A stretch of 64,000 nt of DNA from Fimbriimonadia bacterium (GCA_041483895.1 JBGPGO010000007.1:131378-195377); one strand, 5' to 3'. Shown: positions 35,423-47,500, numbered from the stretch's first letter. The notes: a model not told the origin generated them from the letters alone. Numbers and translations are program-made.

Positions 35423-36849
35423 AACCGAAAACGATGTTCGACAAGATATGGGATTCGCACGCGATCCCGGCCGAAGGGCGTGGGCATCCGCTGCTGTACA
35501 TCGACCGTCATCTGGTTCACGAGGTCACGTCGCCGCAAGCGTTCGATGGGCTGCGACTCCATGGGCGAAAGGTCCGTAGGCCGGACCTGACCGTCGCCAC
35601 GATGGACCACAACGTCCCGACGACGGACCGCCGACTACCAATAGCGGATCCGATTGGACGCAAGCAGCTTGAGGCGCTCGCCGCCAACTGCGCGGAGCAT
35701 GGCATTGCGCTGTTCGATCTGCACAGCCCGCGACAGGGCATCGTGCATGTGATCGGTCCCGAGCTCGGACTGACGCTTCCCGGCATGACGATTGTGTGCG
35801 GCGACAGTCACACGTCGAATCATGGCGCATTTGGCGCGCTGTCTTTTGGCATCGGCACGTCGGAGGTCGAACATGTGCTCGCGACCCAATGTCTTCCCCA
35901 ATCGAAACCGAAGACGATGGAGATTTGTGTCGATGGATCGCTGCCGCGTGGAGTGACGGCAAAGGATCTGATTCTCGGAATCATCGGCCAAATCGGCACG
36001 GACGGAGCGGCGGGTCATGTGATCGAATACACGGGTTCGGCGATTCGAGACCTTTCCATGGAAGGGCGGATGACCGTATGCAACATGTCGATCGAGGCCG
36101 GAGCGCGGGCGGGGATGATAGCGCCGGACGAGGTTACGTTCGACTACATCGAGGGCCGTCCCCGAGCACCGAAAGGGCAGCATTGGAAGGAAGCGCTCGA
36201 ATCTTGGCGCGGACTGCCGTCTGATCCAGGCTCGACGTTCGATCGAACGGTGGAAATCGATGCGGCGGATCTCGCGCCGTACGTCACATGGGGGACGAAC
36301 CCGAGCCAGGTCGAGCCGGTAGACGGATGCGTGCCGTTTCCCGACAGCTTTGCGACCCCACAGTCCCGGGAAGAGGCGCGGCGGGCGCTGGAATATATGG
36401 ACCTGGTTCCCGGCACGCCCATGCAAGATATCCCCCTCGATCGCGTCTTCATCGGCTCGTGTACCAACGGCCGGATCGAGGACCTACGGGCGGCCGCAGG
36501 TGTCGTGGCGGGGCTACGCGTCGCCGAAGGGGTTGTGGCGCTCGTCGTTCCCGGATCGCAAGACGTCAAACGGCAGGCGGAATCGGAAGGCCTCGATCGG
36601 GTGTTCATGGATGCGGGATTCCAATGGCGCGACGCCGGCTGCTCCATGTGTCTCGGCATGAACCCAGATACTCTTTCACCAGGACAACGGTGCGCTTCGA
36701 CTTCAAATCGGAACTTCGAGGGTAGGCAAGGCAGGGGCGGACGCACGCATTTGGTGAGTCCGGCAATGGCGGCGGCGGCGGCGATTTCGGGCCGATTTGT
36801 TGACATTCGAAAATTTGATTTAGGGAGGCTACAGTATGCAGTCGTTTGA
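35419..36849 (+). CDS. leuC: 3-isopropylmalate dehydratase large subunit
   Basis: [11 protein letters not shown]...[17 protein letters not shown]...GDSHT...CTNGRIEDL...CSMCLGMN are aconitase-family LeuC motifs. ATGA overlap with leuA. Confidence 0.92.
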   Translation: MKPKTMFDKIWDSHAIPAEGRGHPLLYIDRHLVHEVTSPQAFDGLRLHGRKVRRPDLTVATMDHNVPTTDRRLPIADPIGRKQLEALAANCAEHGIALFDLHSPRQGIVHVIGPELGLTLPGMTIVCGDSHTSNHGAFGALSFGIGTSEVEHVLATQCLPQSKPKTMEICVDGSLPRGVTAKDLILGIIGQIGTDGAAGHVIEYTGSAIRDLSMEGRMTVCNMSIEAGARAGMIAPDEVTFDYIEGRPRAPKGQHWKEALESWRGLPSDPGSTFDRTVEIDAADLAPYVTWGTNPSQVEPVDGCVPFPDSFATPQSREEARRALEYMDLVPGTPMQDIPLDRVFIGSCTNGRIEDLRAAAGVVAGLRVAEGVVALVVPGSQDVKRQAESEGLDRVFMDAGFQWRDAGCSMCLGMNPDTLSPGQRCASTSNRNFEGRQGRGGRTHLVSPAMAAAAAISGRFVDIRKFDLGRLQYAVV

Positions 36850-37480
36850 CAAAATAACCGGTGTGGTTGCGCCGCTGAATCGGCCAAACATCGACACCGA
36901 TCAGATCGTGCCGAAGCAGTTCTTGAAGCGGGTGGAACGCACCGGCTTCGGACGCTTTCTCTTTCACGATTGGCGCTATCATCCCGACGGTTCTCCGCAG
37001 TCGGAGTTCGTGCTGAATCAGCGGGAGTATGAGGGCGCCGCCATCCTTGCGGCTGGCAAGAATTTCGGCACCGGCTCATCGCGGGAGCACGCGGCTTGGG
37101 CGCTCATGGATTACGGCTTTCGCGCCATCCTCGCGCCGTCGTTCGCGGATATCTTCTATAACAACTGCCTGCAGAACGGCATTCTGCCCGTCGTTTTGGA
37201 CGAGGAAGCGATAGAGCGGATTCACCATAACGCACAATCCGTTTCCGGTTATCGTCTAACGGTGGACCTCAACGAGCAGCGCGTGAGCGACAACAATGGG
37301 TTTGCCGCCGAATTTGAGATAAATCCGTTTCATCGCCATTGCCTGCTGAACGGCCTTGATGAAATCGCTTTGACGCTGGAATATGAGGACGCGATAGCCG
37401 CCTTCGAGCGTGGCCGCGCCGAGTGGTTGAACTCATCGGAGCCGGACGTGCGGGAGCAGCTCCACGAGGTCTACAACTAG
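36836..37480 (+). CDS. leuD: 3-isopropylmalate dehydratase small subunit
   Basis: [14 protein letters not shown]...[17 protein letters not shown]...FADIFYNN are LeuD motifs. 14-nt overlap with leuC. Confidence 0.92.
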   Translation: MQSFDKITGVVAPLNRPNIDTDQIVPKQFLKRVERTGFGRFLFHDWRYHPDGSPQSEFVLNQREYEGAAILAAGKNFGTGSSREHAAWALMDYGFRAILAPSFADIFYNNCLQNGILPVVLDEEAIERIHHNAQSVSGYRLTVDLNEQRVSDNNGFAAEFEINPFHRHCLLNGLDEIALTLEYEDAIAAFERGRAEWLNSSEPDVREQLHEVYN

Positions 37481-37578
37481 CGGAAGCCGTTACCCCAGTT
37501 TAGGAAGCTCTGACTCTCGGGTTTTGGCGCTCAGAACCCAAAAATCCTACTAGGCAATGCCCCTTGGAGGAGTACCCG

Positions 37579-38349
37579 ATGAGCACCCAGACGCTGCCGA
37601 TCCGTCGATTGTCATCCCTATCACTGTTTTTCCCTGCCTATAATGAGGTCGAAAACCTAGAGCCGCTGGTCTCCGAAGCCGACAGTACCTTGCGCCGGGT
37701 GGCGGAAAAGTACGAAATCATCATCGTGGATGACGGCTCCACGGACGGCACCGGGGAGCTGGCCGACGAGCTGGCCGAGGAGTACACGAACGTCCGGGTG
37801 ATCCACAACCGACCCAATCGCGGCTATGGCGGCGCGCTCCAGGCCGGTTTTGAGGCGGCCAACAACGACTGGATCTTTTTCACAGACGGCGACCGGCAGT
37901 TCCACCTGGACGAGCTCGCCAACCTGGTCGCCGTGAGCCAGGGCGTGGATATGGTGCTCGGCTACCGGATGAAGCGGAGCGACCCGCCGCATCGGCTGCT
38001 CAACGCCCTTATGTATAAGACGATGATCCGGATCTTGTTTGGCCTAAAGTTGAGAGATATTGACTGCGCATACAAGCTGATCCATCGAAGAGTGTACGAC
38101 GCCATGGAATTGCGGAGTGAGGGCGCACTGATCTCGGCCGAGCTGCTGATCAAGGCGAATAAGATGGGCTACACCTTCACCCAGGTCGGCGTGCATCACT
38201 ATCCCCGCATCGCCGGAAAGCAGTCGGGCGCCAATCTGTCAGTGATACTCCGAATGTTCCGTGAGCTGTTCCGGATGCGCAAGAACCTGGCCACCTACAC
38301 CGGAAAGGCCGTGGTTTCTGTGGAGACGGATCGAGAGAGGGTGGCTTAG
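37579..38349 (+). CDS. Family 2 glycosyltransferase (polyprenyl-phosphate sugar synthase-like)
   Basis: ATG 37579 follows GGAGGAG. LSLFFPAYNEVENL...IIIVDDGSTDGT...FTDGDRQF are GT2 (DxD-type) motifs. Confidence 0.8.
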   Translation: MSTQTLPIRRLSSLSLFFPAYNEVENLEPLVSEADSTLRRVAEKYEIIIVDDGSTDGTGELADELAEEYTNVRVIHNRPNRGYGGALQAGFEAANNDWIFFTDGDRQFHLDELANLVAVSQGVDMVLGYRMKRSDPPHRLLNALMYKTMIRILFGLKLRDIDCAYKLIHRRVYDAMELRSEGALISAELLIKANKMGYTFTQVGVHHYPRIAGKQSGANLSVILRMFRELFRMRKNLATYTGKAVVSVETDRERVA

Positions 38350-39692
38350 TGCAACACGTTATCGTTGTCGGCGGAGGCTTTTCGGGTCTCGGTACCGCTT
38401 ATGAGCTCTTGAAGCGCGGCGTTCCTGTGTCGATCTATGAGGCGACGGACAGCCTGGGCGGGTTGGCGGGATCCTTCCCCGTCGGCGGTACGAGGCTGGA
38501 GAAGTTCTATCATCACTGGTTCAACAACGACACCACGGCCCTGCAATTGGTACACGAATTGGGGCTGGAAGATAATCTGATTCGGAAGAACAGCAACACC
38601 GGGACGTACTACGCGAACAGCATACATCGGCTTTCCGGTCCCAAGGACCTGCTGAAGTTTAAGCCGCTGCCTCTCATCGATCGCGTGCGATTGGGCAAGT
38701 TGGCATTGATGGCGCGCCGGGTTAACGACTGGCATGCGCTGGAGAAGATCACGGCGGAAGAATGGCTGATCCAGATGGCGGGGCGCAATGTGTACGACGT
38801 CATGTGGAAGCCGCTGCTGGTCGGCAAGTTTGGGGACTACTCCAACCAGGTGGCTGCGGTTTGGATATGGAACAAGCTGCGGCTTCGGGGAGGGTCGCGC
38901 GGCAAAGGGCAAAAAGAGGAGTTGTACTATCTTCGCGGGGGATTCCAACGCCTGACCAATGCGCTGGCGGAGAAGATTGTGGAGATGGGCGGGGAGATTC
39001 ATCTCCAATCACCCGTCGCCAAAGTGCGGACCGCCATGGATCAGGTGCGCGGGATCGAGCTGACGGATGGCAAGCGGGTGGATAGTGATACGCTTGTAAT
39101 TACGTTGGCGCCGGAATTGGCCCATGCGCTGCTGCAAGACCCGCCGACCAAGTTGGCGATGTCACTCAAATCGATTCCGTATCTGGCTGCGCAATGCGTG
39201 ATTCTGGAGATGGATCGCAGTCTCAGTTCCACCTACTGGCTTAATGTCAATGATATGGAAGCGCCATTTGTCGGCGTCATCGAGCACACGAACTTTGAGG
39301 AGTCGAGCGAGTACGAGGGACGTCATATCGCCTATCTCGGAAAGTACCTTCCCCGGACCGCCCGGCACTATACGATGGGCGAGGGGCCGGTGGTAAACGA
39401 GTATCTGGAGTATCTGCCGCGCATGTTCCCTGAGTTCGACCAAAGTTGGGTGCAGGATTGGCATGTGTGGCGGGCGGACTACGCGCAGCCGGTGGTGCTG
39501 CCGTTCTACCGCGACCTTGTGCCCCCCATGCGGACGGAAATCAATGGACTGTGGCTGTGCAACATGGCCCAGGTCTATCCGGAGGATCGAGGCACCAACT
39601 ACGCGCTCCAGTACGGCTATCGGTGCGCGCGTGAGATGGTGGAAGTCGCGCGGAAAACCGTATCCCATGACGTTCCGAACGTCAAGGGATAG
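38349..39692 (+). CDS. FAD/NAD(P)-dependent oxidoreductase (amine oxidase / phytoene desaturase fold)
   Basis: The GTG start overlaps the GT2 stop by 1 nt (TAGTG). The N-terminus has the dinucleotide-binding motif VIVVGGGFSGLGTAYELLKRGVPVSIYEATDSLGG. Confidence 0.7.
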   Translation: MQHVIVVGGGFSGLGTAYELLKRGVPVSIYEATDSLGGLAGSFPVGGTRLEKFYHHWFNNDTTALQLVHELGLEDNLIRKNSNTGTYYANSIHRLSGPKDLLKFKPLPLIDRVRLGKLALMARRVNDWHALEKITAEEWLIQMAGRNVYDVMWKPLLVGKFGDYSNQVAAVWIWNKLRLRGGSRGKGQKEELYYLRGGFQRLTNALAEKIVEMGGEIHLQSPVAKVRTAMDQVRGIELTDGKRVDSDTLVITLAPELAHALLQDPPTKLAMSLKSIPYLAAQCVILEMDRSLSSTYWLNVNDMEAPFVGVIEHTNFEESSEYEGRHIAYLGKYLPRTARHYTMGEGPVVNEYLEYLPRMFPEFDQSWVQDWHVWRADYAQPVVLPFYRDLVPPMRTEINGLWLCNMAQVYPEDRGTNYALQYGYRCAREMVEVARKTVSHDVPNVKG

Positions 39693-39697
39693 TTCCC

Positions 39698-40189
39698 ATG
39701 GCTTTCGATCCGGGTCTTGCCGTTGGGGAGCCTGCGCCTGTGTTTGGGTTGCCGGATCATGGTGGCGCTGTTCGCCAATTGGCTGACCTGTGTGGTCGTC
39801 ATGGATTGGTGGTCGTGTTTATTCGCTCCGCTGCCTGGTGTCCGTTTTGCAAAATGCAGTTAGCGCAGTTGGTTGCGGACTCCGATCGGATTGCGTTGGC
39901 CGGTTTGGGAATCGCGGCCGTTTCAAAGGATTCCGTGGACGTATTTCGGACTTTTGCCAACGCCGTTTGCGCGCCGTTTCCTCTGCTCTCCGATTCAGAA
40001 GGCCGGTTTATCCGTGAGGCCGGATTGCGCAACGAACAGATATCGATCGAACGGAGCATCTACGGCATTCCGTATACCGGTCTTTGGGTTCTCGACTCCT
40101 CCGGTATCATCCGCGAGAAGGAGTTTCAGGAGGACTATCGTTACCGGCCCCGGATTTTGGAATCTCTCCAGAAAATGGGAAAAATCTAG
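39698..40189 (+). CDS. Redoxin / AhpC-TSA family thiol peroxidase-like protein
   Basis: GEPAPVFGLPDHGG...LVVVFIRSAAWCPFCKMQL shows a thioredoxin-fold redoxin pattern with a WCPFC motif. Size is 163 aa. Confidence 0.65.
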   Translation: MAFDPGLAVGEPAPVFGLPDHGGAVRQLADLCGRHGLVVVFIRSAAWCPFCKMQLAQLVADSDRIALAGLGIAAVSKDSVDVFRTFANAVCAPFPLLSDSEGRFIREAGLRNEQISIERSIYGIPYTGLWVLDSSGIIREKEFQEDYRYRPRILESLQKMGKI

Positions 40190-41770
40190 CTATTGCTTTG
40201 CTCGCTGCTTCGTCAATGTTGAGATCAAATCGATCGCCGGAATGTGAATCCCAAATCGAAATTCCCCCGGGTTCTGCCGCCAGACAAAGAACGGTTCGAT
40301 GCAGTGGAACAGAGATTTGAACGATATCTCGACGTCGAACAGGTCCTTGCGATCCGGATCGTATTTGGTCAGCAGAGATACGTGGCTGCCGCCGACCGCG
40401 ACGTCCAATCGCGAATGCACGGTCCTGCGGCGCGCCGGCTCGTCAAAACGCAGCACCGGCGCACCCGTTATATATGTTTTGGCCAGCCCAAATGCAAATC
40501 GGAGCCGGTCGGAACGCTCCAACACGATTTCGCCGATCGGCCGCACCCACTCCAAATGTTGGCTATTATCATAACGGAACAATGCGCCATCACCGCGCAG
40601 ACGGAATGACAGCCAGGGAGTAAATTGCCACGATCCAATCGTTGCTGTGCCTTGCAGCGCCAGTCGATCAGACGCCCGATCCGACGGCTGCTCGCTCACC
40701 CGGCCCAACCGGACCGTTCCGGTGCCGAAGACCGATCCGATGCGGCCGTTCGCTTGGACACCGAACTCCCAATCCTTGCTAACGAACAGATCCTCTTCGA
40801 TGCGTGCGAATACAGGCAGATTGGAAGAGTTTTCGAAGAAAACTGACGCGCGAGCGGACTTCAACCGACGATCCTCTTCCTCGGGCGTCGGCACGTTTAC
40901 ATTATCGAGGTATGAATTGGTAAAGCGCTCCCCCTCTTCCGTATCCGGAAGGAACAGTGAGTCAGGTCGGTTCGGGGAAAGAAAGGAGTGAGCAAGAAGC
41001 TCACGGCGTTCCAGTGGCGCCAGTGTGAATGCGCCGATTTGCGCCAGCAGCTCGGTCTGCGGCGCCGGAGTAAACATGCTTCCCCAAGCGATGGAAACCC
41101 CTTGGTGCCGATTGAAACCGACCGCCGGAACGGAAAACTGATTCTCTACCTGGCGGAGAGAGAATCCAAACCAGGGAACGGTAACAATATTCTCATTGAA
41201 GAATCGAACCCTCGCGTCATAGATTCGGCCTTGCTCCCCAGGACGAATTCGCAGCTTTTTGAACCCGATGGAATAGTCCGGACGGATCAGGTTGCACGTG
41301 GTCGCTTCGCCGTCAAATGCCTGCCACTCCCCTTGATTGAGCTCCACACGCTTAGCGATAAATCGCGCTCCTTGAGCGACGATAACGGCGTTTTCCGCGA
41401 ACCCGTTGTGGTTGCCAAAGTCATACCAAAGATTTGTGGCGGTCATCGTGCCGATCGGATCGGTGACAAACACGCGGCCGCTCGCATGGATCACGGTCGT
41501 ATCGTCCTGCCAGGTCATCTCGTCCGCGGAGAACGTGTCGATCCCATACGTGGCAACGGCCTGTGACGCGACGTACCGATATCTCTTTTGCCGAACAATT
41601 GTAACGGACGAGGGGATTCCCCAATGCGACAGGGGGCCGAGTTTGACGGTCTGCGACGGGATCTCGGTCACCGTTATTTTGGCGTATCCAAGGTCGATCG
41701 GTTCTTGAGCGGAGCAATGCCCGGCGATGCCCGCACAGATCACCCAGGTCCAAAGATACCGGCATCGCAT
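40190..41770 (-). CDS. Outer-membrane LptD/OstA-like protein
   Basis: Signal peptide (WVICAGIAGHCSAQ). An N-terminal OstA-like segment (ADEMTWQDDTTVIHASGRVFVTDPIGTMTATNLWYDF..) is followed by alternating beta-strand-like sequence ending in an aromatic-rich C-terminus. The assignment is tentative. Confidence 0.4.
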   Translation of the reverse strand: MRCRYLWTWVICAGIAGHCSAQEPIDLGYAKITVTEIPSQTVKLGPLSHWGIPSSVTIVRQKRYRYVASQAVATYGIDTFSADEMTWQDDTTVIHASGRVFVTDPIGTMTATNLWYDFGNHNGFAENAVIVAQGARFIAKRVELNQGEWQAFDGEATTCNLIRPDYSIGFKKLRIRPGEQGRIYDARVRFFNENIVTVPWFGFSLRQVENQFSVPAVGFNRHQGVSIAWGSMFTPAPQTELLAQIGAFTLAPLERRELLAHSFLSPNRPDSLFLPDTEEGERFTNSYLDNVNVPTPEEEDRRLKSARASVFFENSSNLPVFARIEEDLFVSKDWEFGVQANGRIGSVFGTGTVRLGRVSEQPSDRASDRLALQGTATIGSWQFTPWLSFRLRGDGALFRYDNSQHLEWVRPIGEIVLERSDRLRFAFGLAKTYITGAPVLRFDEPARRRTVHSRLDVAVGGSHVSLLTKYDPDRKDLFDVEISFKSLFHCIEPFFVWRQNPGEFRFGIHIPAIDLISTLTKQRAKQ

Positions 41771-41809
41771 GCATCCTCGGTTCGAGGAACAGCTACGGGC
41801 TCCTGCCGT

Positions 41810-44245
41810 CTAGTCGTCTCCAACGAGATCGAAATTGCTAAAGACCGTATTGAGATCGGGAAGATTGACGACGCCGTCGCCATCGAGATCCGCGTTCTGG
41901 TCTTGGGTACCGAAGCTGGAGAACACGGAGTTCAAATCCTTCACGTCTACCCGGTTGTCGGCCACCTCCGCATTGCCGTTGCTCAACACGATGTTCAAGC
42001 CGGGATTGTTGTCGGGCTGATAATCGACTTCGAGTGTCCGACGCAGCCAGTGGGACGGCTTTACAGAAACCGTGAATCGGGTGACGGGGACGTCGAGATT
42101 CAGGACAAAGCGGCCCTCGTTGTCGAGCGGAACTGAATAGTCGTGGGAAGATTTGCCCAACGGCGTGACGGTCATATCAACGGATGATGGTCGCGCGCCA
42201 TGTTGGCTAAGACCTTGGAATTCCACGGCGCCTCTTACTGACATGATTTTCGTCGACTGAACAACTGGGTCAAACACTTCGACAAATTCCCAGCTCAATG
42301 GCGGCATGGTAAAGGTCAATTTTAGCGTGCTTCCACTATTGAATTTGATCCACTTCCCTCGCAGCCCTTTGTATGCCGCCTTGAGAATATCGTCAGGCAG
42401 GAAGAAATCGGAAGGGGTGATGTTTACAGTAACAGTTTTCGCGGTTTCGCTTGGGTTCCAGAAACAGAGGTATCCGTACTTTCCGTTCAACTTTGGCCGC
42501 AGATGGTACATGCCATCGACCCACTCACTCCCGAAATTGGAGGAGTTGGTTGGGTCGTAGCATCGCTTCGTGCTATCGTCAATTTGGGTGTAGGCTGTGT
42601 ACTCTTGGTTTTCTCTGAACCAGGCGACCCACTTCTTGCAAAGAGCCATTTCGGAGGCGGTGATACCATCGAGCGAGCCGCTAAACTCCAAATTGCAGTA
42701 CGAACCGACGATGGATGCCAGACTATATTCCAGCGCGTCCAACGCAGTCTCAATGCCAGGCAGATGCGCGGGCGTCGTACCCGTCCGGCCCCAATTCGGC
42801 ATCAATGCGTTCGTCCAACCGGTTCCGTTTCGTGTGGAATCCGCCGAGCGGTACCACCAACGCGGGTCCTGGCGACGCGGATCGTTGAGGCCGGCGAGAA
42901 TCCAATCCGTTTGCCAACCCATATCGTTGTAACCGAGCGTTGGTGTCGTGGAATAGCCGCGGTCCAGGACGATTTCGGGTCTCGCTGCTCGAAGCTGCTC
43001 GCAGGTCAGCTTCCAGTTCGCCAATTGACCCATCAATGCGGAGCCCGGAGCGTGGGGATGATCGATGGCCCAGCAATAGTCGCGCTCTACGACAAAGTCA
43101 AGTTTCAGAAAATCGGCTTGAGTCTCATTCACCCAGGACAGTATCTTATTGGTGATCGTTTGCTGCCAATCGGTTGCAAAGCAGTATGCCGGCATGCCGG
43201 GACTCCAGATGGCGCCTCCAGGGTTCAAGATTAGCCGACTTGGATCGATGTTTGGCGCACTGGGATCCGTAAGCGCGGGCGCAATCCAGAAGCCAAACTT
43301 CATTCCATTGTTCCGGATGTTCTGCGAACAGGCGCCGAGTCCGTGCGGAAACCCAAATATATCCAGCCCCCAAGAGCCGTATAAATTCTCCCAGCCGTCA
43401 TCCACGACAAAATAATCTGCGCCGAGCTGCTTGGCGGTGGGGGCGATACGGGCACAATCGTCCTCGGTGACATTCGTCTTGTACCCATACCAGGTGTTGT
43501 AGATCACCGGTCTGTTCATCCGTGAAGCATGCGCGAGGTATGTCCCCCAAAACAGTTGGAGACCAAATGCCGCCGTGTATTTGGTGCCCTTTGCCAAACA
43601 GAGAACAGCCTGTTCCGTGTGGTCCGTTTCTTGCTGTACCCGCATCGACGCGGTAATCGCGTTATTGGCGCGATCGCAGACTCCGGCGGGGCGAGGGAGG
43701 TTGCACTCCAAACCGATCGCATACCCCTGTCCCGCGACCGCGATGCCGTTGTCGTCCCAGACGCCAAACGAGCCGTTGACCACCGGCGATGTGATCGTTA
43801 GCTTTTCTACCAGAGCCGATTCCACCCGCTGCTTGGGCAGGAACTCGAACCACTTTGCGATCCAGGGCCGGTTGCCCTTGAATATCCGATAGTGGATCAC
43901 GAAGTTCAAACCGTTTTTCTCGGCGATCACCCGGACGTGCTTGGCTTCCACCTCATCTTCAACCTGAATATCTTGAATGGTCGAGCCGACGAGATCGACG
44001 GTTCCGGATGGAAGAGTGATCGTCCCTTCGCTGTTCTGCTGAGCGATCATCTCTTGACCCCGAATCTTCAATGAGGTAGTTATCAGGTCCAAGGACACGA
44101 CGCGGCTGCAGACGTCGTTCTCCATGGTGATTCCGGTAGTCCCAATCGTAACTTTGGCGTAGTCGCCGGAAAAGAAAGGATTGGAATTATAGGCCTGCGC
44201 CGTAGCGGTTACCAAGAGTGGCGTTAGCATCCAGAAACGAAACAA
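41810..44245 (-). CDS. Secreted alpha-galactosidase-like TIM-barrel glycosidase (GH36/GH27-like) with C-terminal beta-sandwich + dockerin-like module
   Basis: TTG start lies 7 nt after AAGGAG. Signal peptide MFRFWMLTPLLVTATAQA. YNTWYGY...YFVVDDGWEN...GMKFGFWIAP...DFLKLDFV are melibiase-type motifs. The C-terminus is ...VDVKDLNSVFSSFG...DLDGDGVVNLPDLNTVFSNF. Confidence 0.6.
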   Translation of the reverse strand: MFRFWMLTPLLVTATAQAYNSNPFFSGDYAKVTIGTTGITMENDVCSRVVSLDLITTSLKIRGQEMIAQQNSEGTITLPSGTVDLVGSTIQDIQVEDEVEAKHVRVIAEKNGLNFVIHYRIFKGNRPWIAKWFEFLPKQRVESALVEKLTITSPVVNGSFGVWDDNGIAVAGQGYAIGLECNLPRPAGVCDRANNAITASMRVQQETDHTEQAVLCLAKGTKYTAAFGLQLFWGTYLAHASRMNRPVIYNTWYGYKTNVTEDDCARIAPTAKQLGADYFVVDDGWENLYGSWGLDIFGFPHGLGACSQNIRNNGMKFGFWIAPALTDPSAPNIDPSRLILNPGGAIWSPGMPAYCFATDWQQTITNKILSWVNETQADFLKLDFVVERDYCWAIDHPHAPGSALMGQLANWKLTCEQLRAARPEIVLDRGYSTTPTLGYNDMGWQTDWILAGLNDPRRQDPRWWYRSADSTRNGTGWTNALMPNWGRTGTTPAHLPGIETALDALEYSLASIVGSYCNLEFSGSLDGITASEMALCKKWVAWFRENQEYTAYTQIDDSTKRCYDPTNSSNFGSEWVDGMYHLRPKLNGKYGYLCFWNPSETAKTVTVNITPSDFFLPDDILKAAYKGLRGKWIKFNSGSTLKLTFTMPPLSWEFVEVFDPVVQSTKIMSVRGAVEFQGLSQHGARPSSVDMTVTPLGKSSHDYSVPLDNEGRFVLNLDVPVTRFTVSVKPSHWLRRTLEVDYQPDNNPGLNIVLSNGNAEVADNRVDVKDLNSVFSSFGTQDQNADLDGDGVVNLPDLNTVFSNFDLVGDD

Positions 44246-44522
44246 TTCAACTCTCCTTAACGGTAGTCGGCAAACTGCCAGAGAACCTTGCGAGGTAATG
44301 ATATCACATAGTGGCCAATTTTGCCATCGTGTAAAGTCCGGTTGTCGCGGGCATCCGAGCGCGAATTGCCTGCATGGTTTGCCGGGCCGAAGTAGGAGAA
44401 CGGCAACCAGTTTTCCCGAACCGTTGGCAAAATCCCAGAAATCTCCCGGAAATTTCGGCAGGAAGTGGCGGGCCGCTAGAGAACCTCACTTTTCCTAGAA
44501 TCTAATCGAGGCAGGTCCGAAC

Positions 44523-47500
44523 ATGAGATTAATCGCAGTCACCGCAGCCCTACTCGCCGCCGGAATGGCCCTTTCGCAGGATCAGTTGGCGAAGAGTTTC
44601 CTCAATCCACCCGATTCCGCCAAGCCGCACACCTGGTGGCACTGGATGGACGGCAACATCACCAAGGAAGGTCTGACGGCCGACCTGGAGGCGATGAAGA
44701 AGGCCGGGATCGGCGGCGCGCAAATGTTCACAGTAGCCGTCGGTATTCCGCCGGGACCGGTCGGATACATGAGCGACAAGTGGCGGGAGATGGTCAAGCA
44801 TGCGGTGAAAGAGGCAGGCAGGCTTGGGATCGAACTGTGTATCCACAATTGCGCCGGTTGGTCAAGCAGCGGCGGTCCCTGGATCGATCCCGCGCACGCG
44901 ATGCAGCTGATCGCCTGGTCGGAGAAAGCAGTCCACGGCCCCATGCACTTCGATGACAAGTTGGCCATGCCGAAACCGCCCTATTCCTACAAAGTCATTG
45001 ACTATCACAAGGATATAGTCGTGCTCGCCTTCCCGACTCCCAAGCCGTTCAAGGTCGAGGGGTTGAACGGGAGGTCCGGCGCTTCCCGCGGACCGGACAA
45101 CCTGTATCCGGACGTAACCCCCGTTCCCGACGGAGTGGCAATTTCGCGCGAAAAGATTCTGGTAATCAGCGAGAAGATGGACGAGTCCGGCCGGCTGGTG
45201 TGGGACGTGCCCGATGGCGATTGGACGATTTTGCGAATCGGATACACCCCGACCGGCAAGGACAACCATCCCGCGCCGCCGGAGGGCGATGGGTTGGAAG
45301 TGGATAAGCTGAGCCGCGAGGCCCTCGACGTGCACTGGAACGGGATGATGGCGAAGATCATCGCCGACCTCGGGCCGCTTGCCGGCAAGGTGCTCAACAA
45401 CTCGCTCATCGACAGCTATGAGGTGGACAGCCAGAACTGGACGCCCAAAATGCGGGAGGAGTTTCAGCAACGGCGGGGATACGATCTTCTCACGTACCTG
45501 CCTGTCGTTTGTGGCAAGATTGTTGACAGCCATGAGATGAGCGAACGGTTCCTGTGGGACTTGCGGCGAACGATCGGCGACCTGTTCGCGGACAACTACT
45601 ACGCTTACTTCCGCGATCTCTGCCACAAGGCGGGGCTCAAATTTTCCACCGAGCCTTATGGCAATGGGACGTTTGACAACGCGCAGTGCGGCGGAATAGC
45701 CGACATCCCAATGGGCGAATTTTGGGTCGGCGGCGGGGCGATTGAAACGACAAAGCTTGCCTCCTCAATCGGCCACGTCTATGGCCATCCAGTTATCGGG
45801 GCGGAATCATTCACGGCGGACGACAACGTCGGCCGATATCTGGTTGAGCCGTATGGCATCAAGGCTCTGGGCGACAAGATCTTTTGCAACGGAATCAACC
45901 GTTATATTTTCCATAGATATGCGCACCAGCCGTGGATGAATTTGAAGCCGGGAATGACCATGGGCCCGTGGGGAATGCATCTGGACCGCACGGAGACATG
46001 GTGGGACGACGCATCCGCCTGGCTGAAGTACGTCGCGCGCTGCCAGTACCTGTTGCAGCAGGGCCACTTCGTGGCGGACGCGCTCTATTTCTATGGCGAA
46101 GGCGCCCCCAATGATCTTCCCTACGGTGATGCGCTGCTGCCGGCGATGCCGAAGGGATATGATTACGACGGCTGCGACGCCACGATCGTCATGAATCGCA
46201 TCACCGTCAAGAACGGGCGCATTGTTCTTCCCGACGGCACATCCTATTCCATCCTCATCCTGCCCGATTCGCAGTTCATGACCCCGCGGATGGCGCGAAG
46301 GGTCCGCGATTTGGTTCGGCAGGGTGCGGTCGTCTACGGTCCGAAGCCGACGATGTCGCCAAGTCTCAACGGATACCCAACCTGCGATGATGAGGTCGCG
46401 AAGATTGGCGACGAGGTTTGGGGGAAATTCAACGGGAAGACAGTGTTAATCGGCTCCTACGGAAGCGGGCGCGTCATCTGGGGCAAATCGCTCAACGAAG
46501 TCCTCACCGATTTGGGTGATGATCCGGATTTGCAATATCAGGGATTGAACGGCGGCGCGAATCTGGCGCATATCCATCGAAATATCGACGGCGCAGACGT
46601 CTATTTTGTTGCCAATCAGCAAAATCGCGCCGTGCGGGTTGATTGCAGCTTTCGTGTGGCGGGCAAGGCTCCTGAGCTTTGGTTTCCAGAAACGGGCAGG
46701 ACCATGCCGGCCCCGATCTATCGTCCCGACAAATATCGCACGTCGGTGACCATGAATCTCGGTCCCGTGGAGTCGGTCTTTGTTATTTTCCGAAAGGGTG
46801 ATTCGGCAGACCACTATCCGAACCTGACCTTTGTTCCGCAAGGACAGGAATCGGAGACGCCTCAAACCATCGTCATCAAGTCCGCCCGATATGGAACGGA
46901 GGACGGACGCGGGGTAGATGTGACGGCAAAGGTGCAGCAGATGGTGTCGGAAGGCCAATACGAGATTCACGCGACGAATGGCATGTTTGGCGATCCGGTG
47001 GTCAACGTTCAGAAGCGATTGGTCGTGCAGTACGAGCTGAATGGCAAGCCGATGGACAAGACGGTCCCCGAGAACGGGACAATCGCGATTCTCGTAACCA
47101 ACGACAATCCTTACACGTTCCCGGAATTTGATCTGATTCGGGACAGCAAAGGAATGGTTGCGGCGTTGCCGTGGAAAGCCGGGACGTTCGAGTGGACGCC
47201 ATTGGTAGCCGCACAAAAGAAGATACCGGTTGCGAACGATGCGGACGCTGTGAACATTGCTGGACCGTGGACAGTCAATTTCGCGAAAGGGTGGGGCGCG
47301 CCGCCGACGGTGCACTTTGCCGACCTGCATTCATGGCCAATGGATACGGATGATGGCGTAAAGTATTTTTCCGGCACCGCAACGTACATCAAGCAATTTT
47401 CGGTACCGGCAGCCATGATCGGCCAGGGCCGCTCCGTTTGGCTCGACCTTGGCAAAGTGAAGAACTTTGCGCGGGTTCGCGTGAACGGTAAGGATTTGGG

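Noticed and set aside
37481-37578. Possible terminator hairpin after leuD (GGGTT...AACCC followed by an A-run)
   Set aside because: The stem is only 5 bp with an 11-nt loop, and no U-tract is present on the sense strand. The support is too weak to call.
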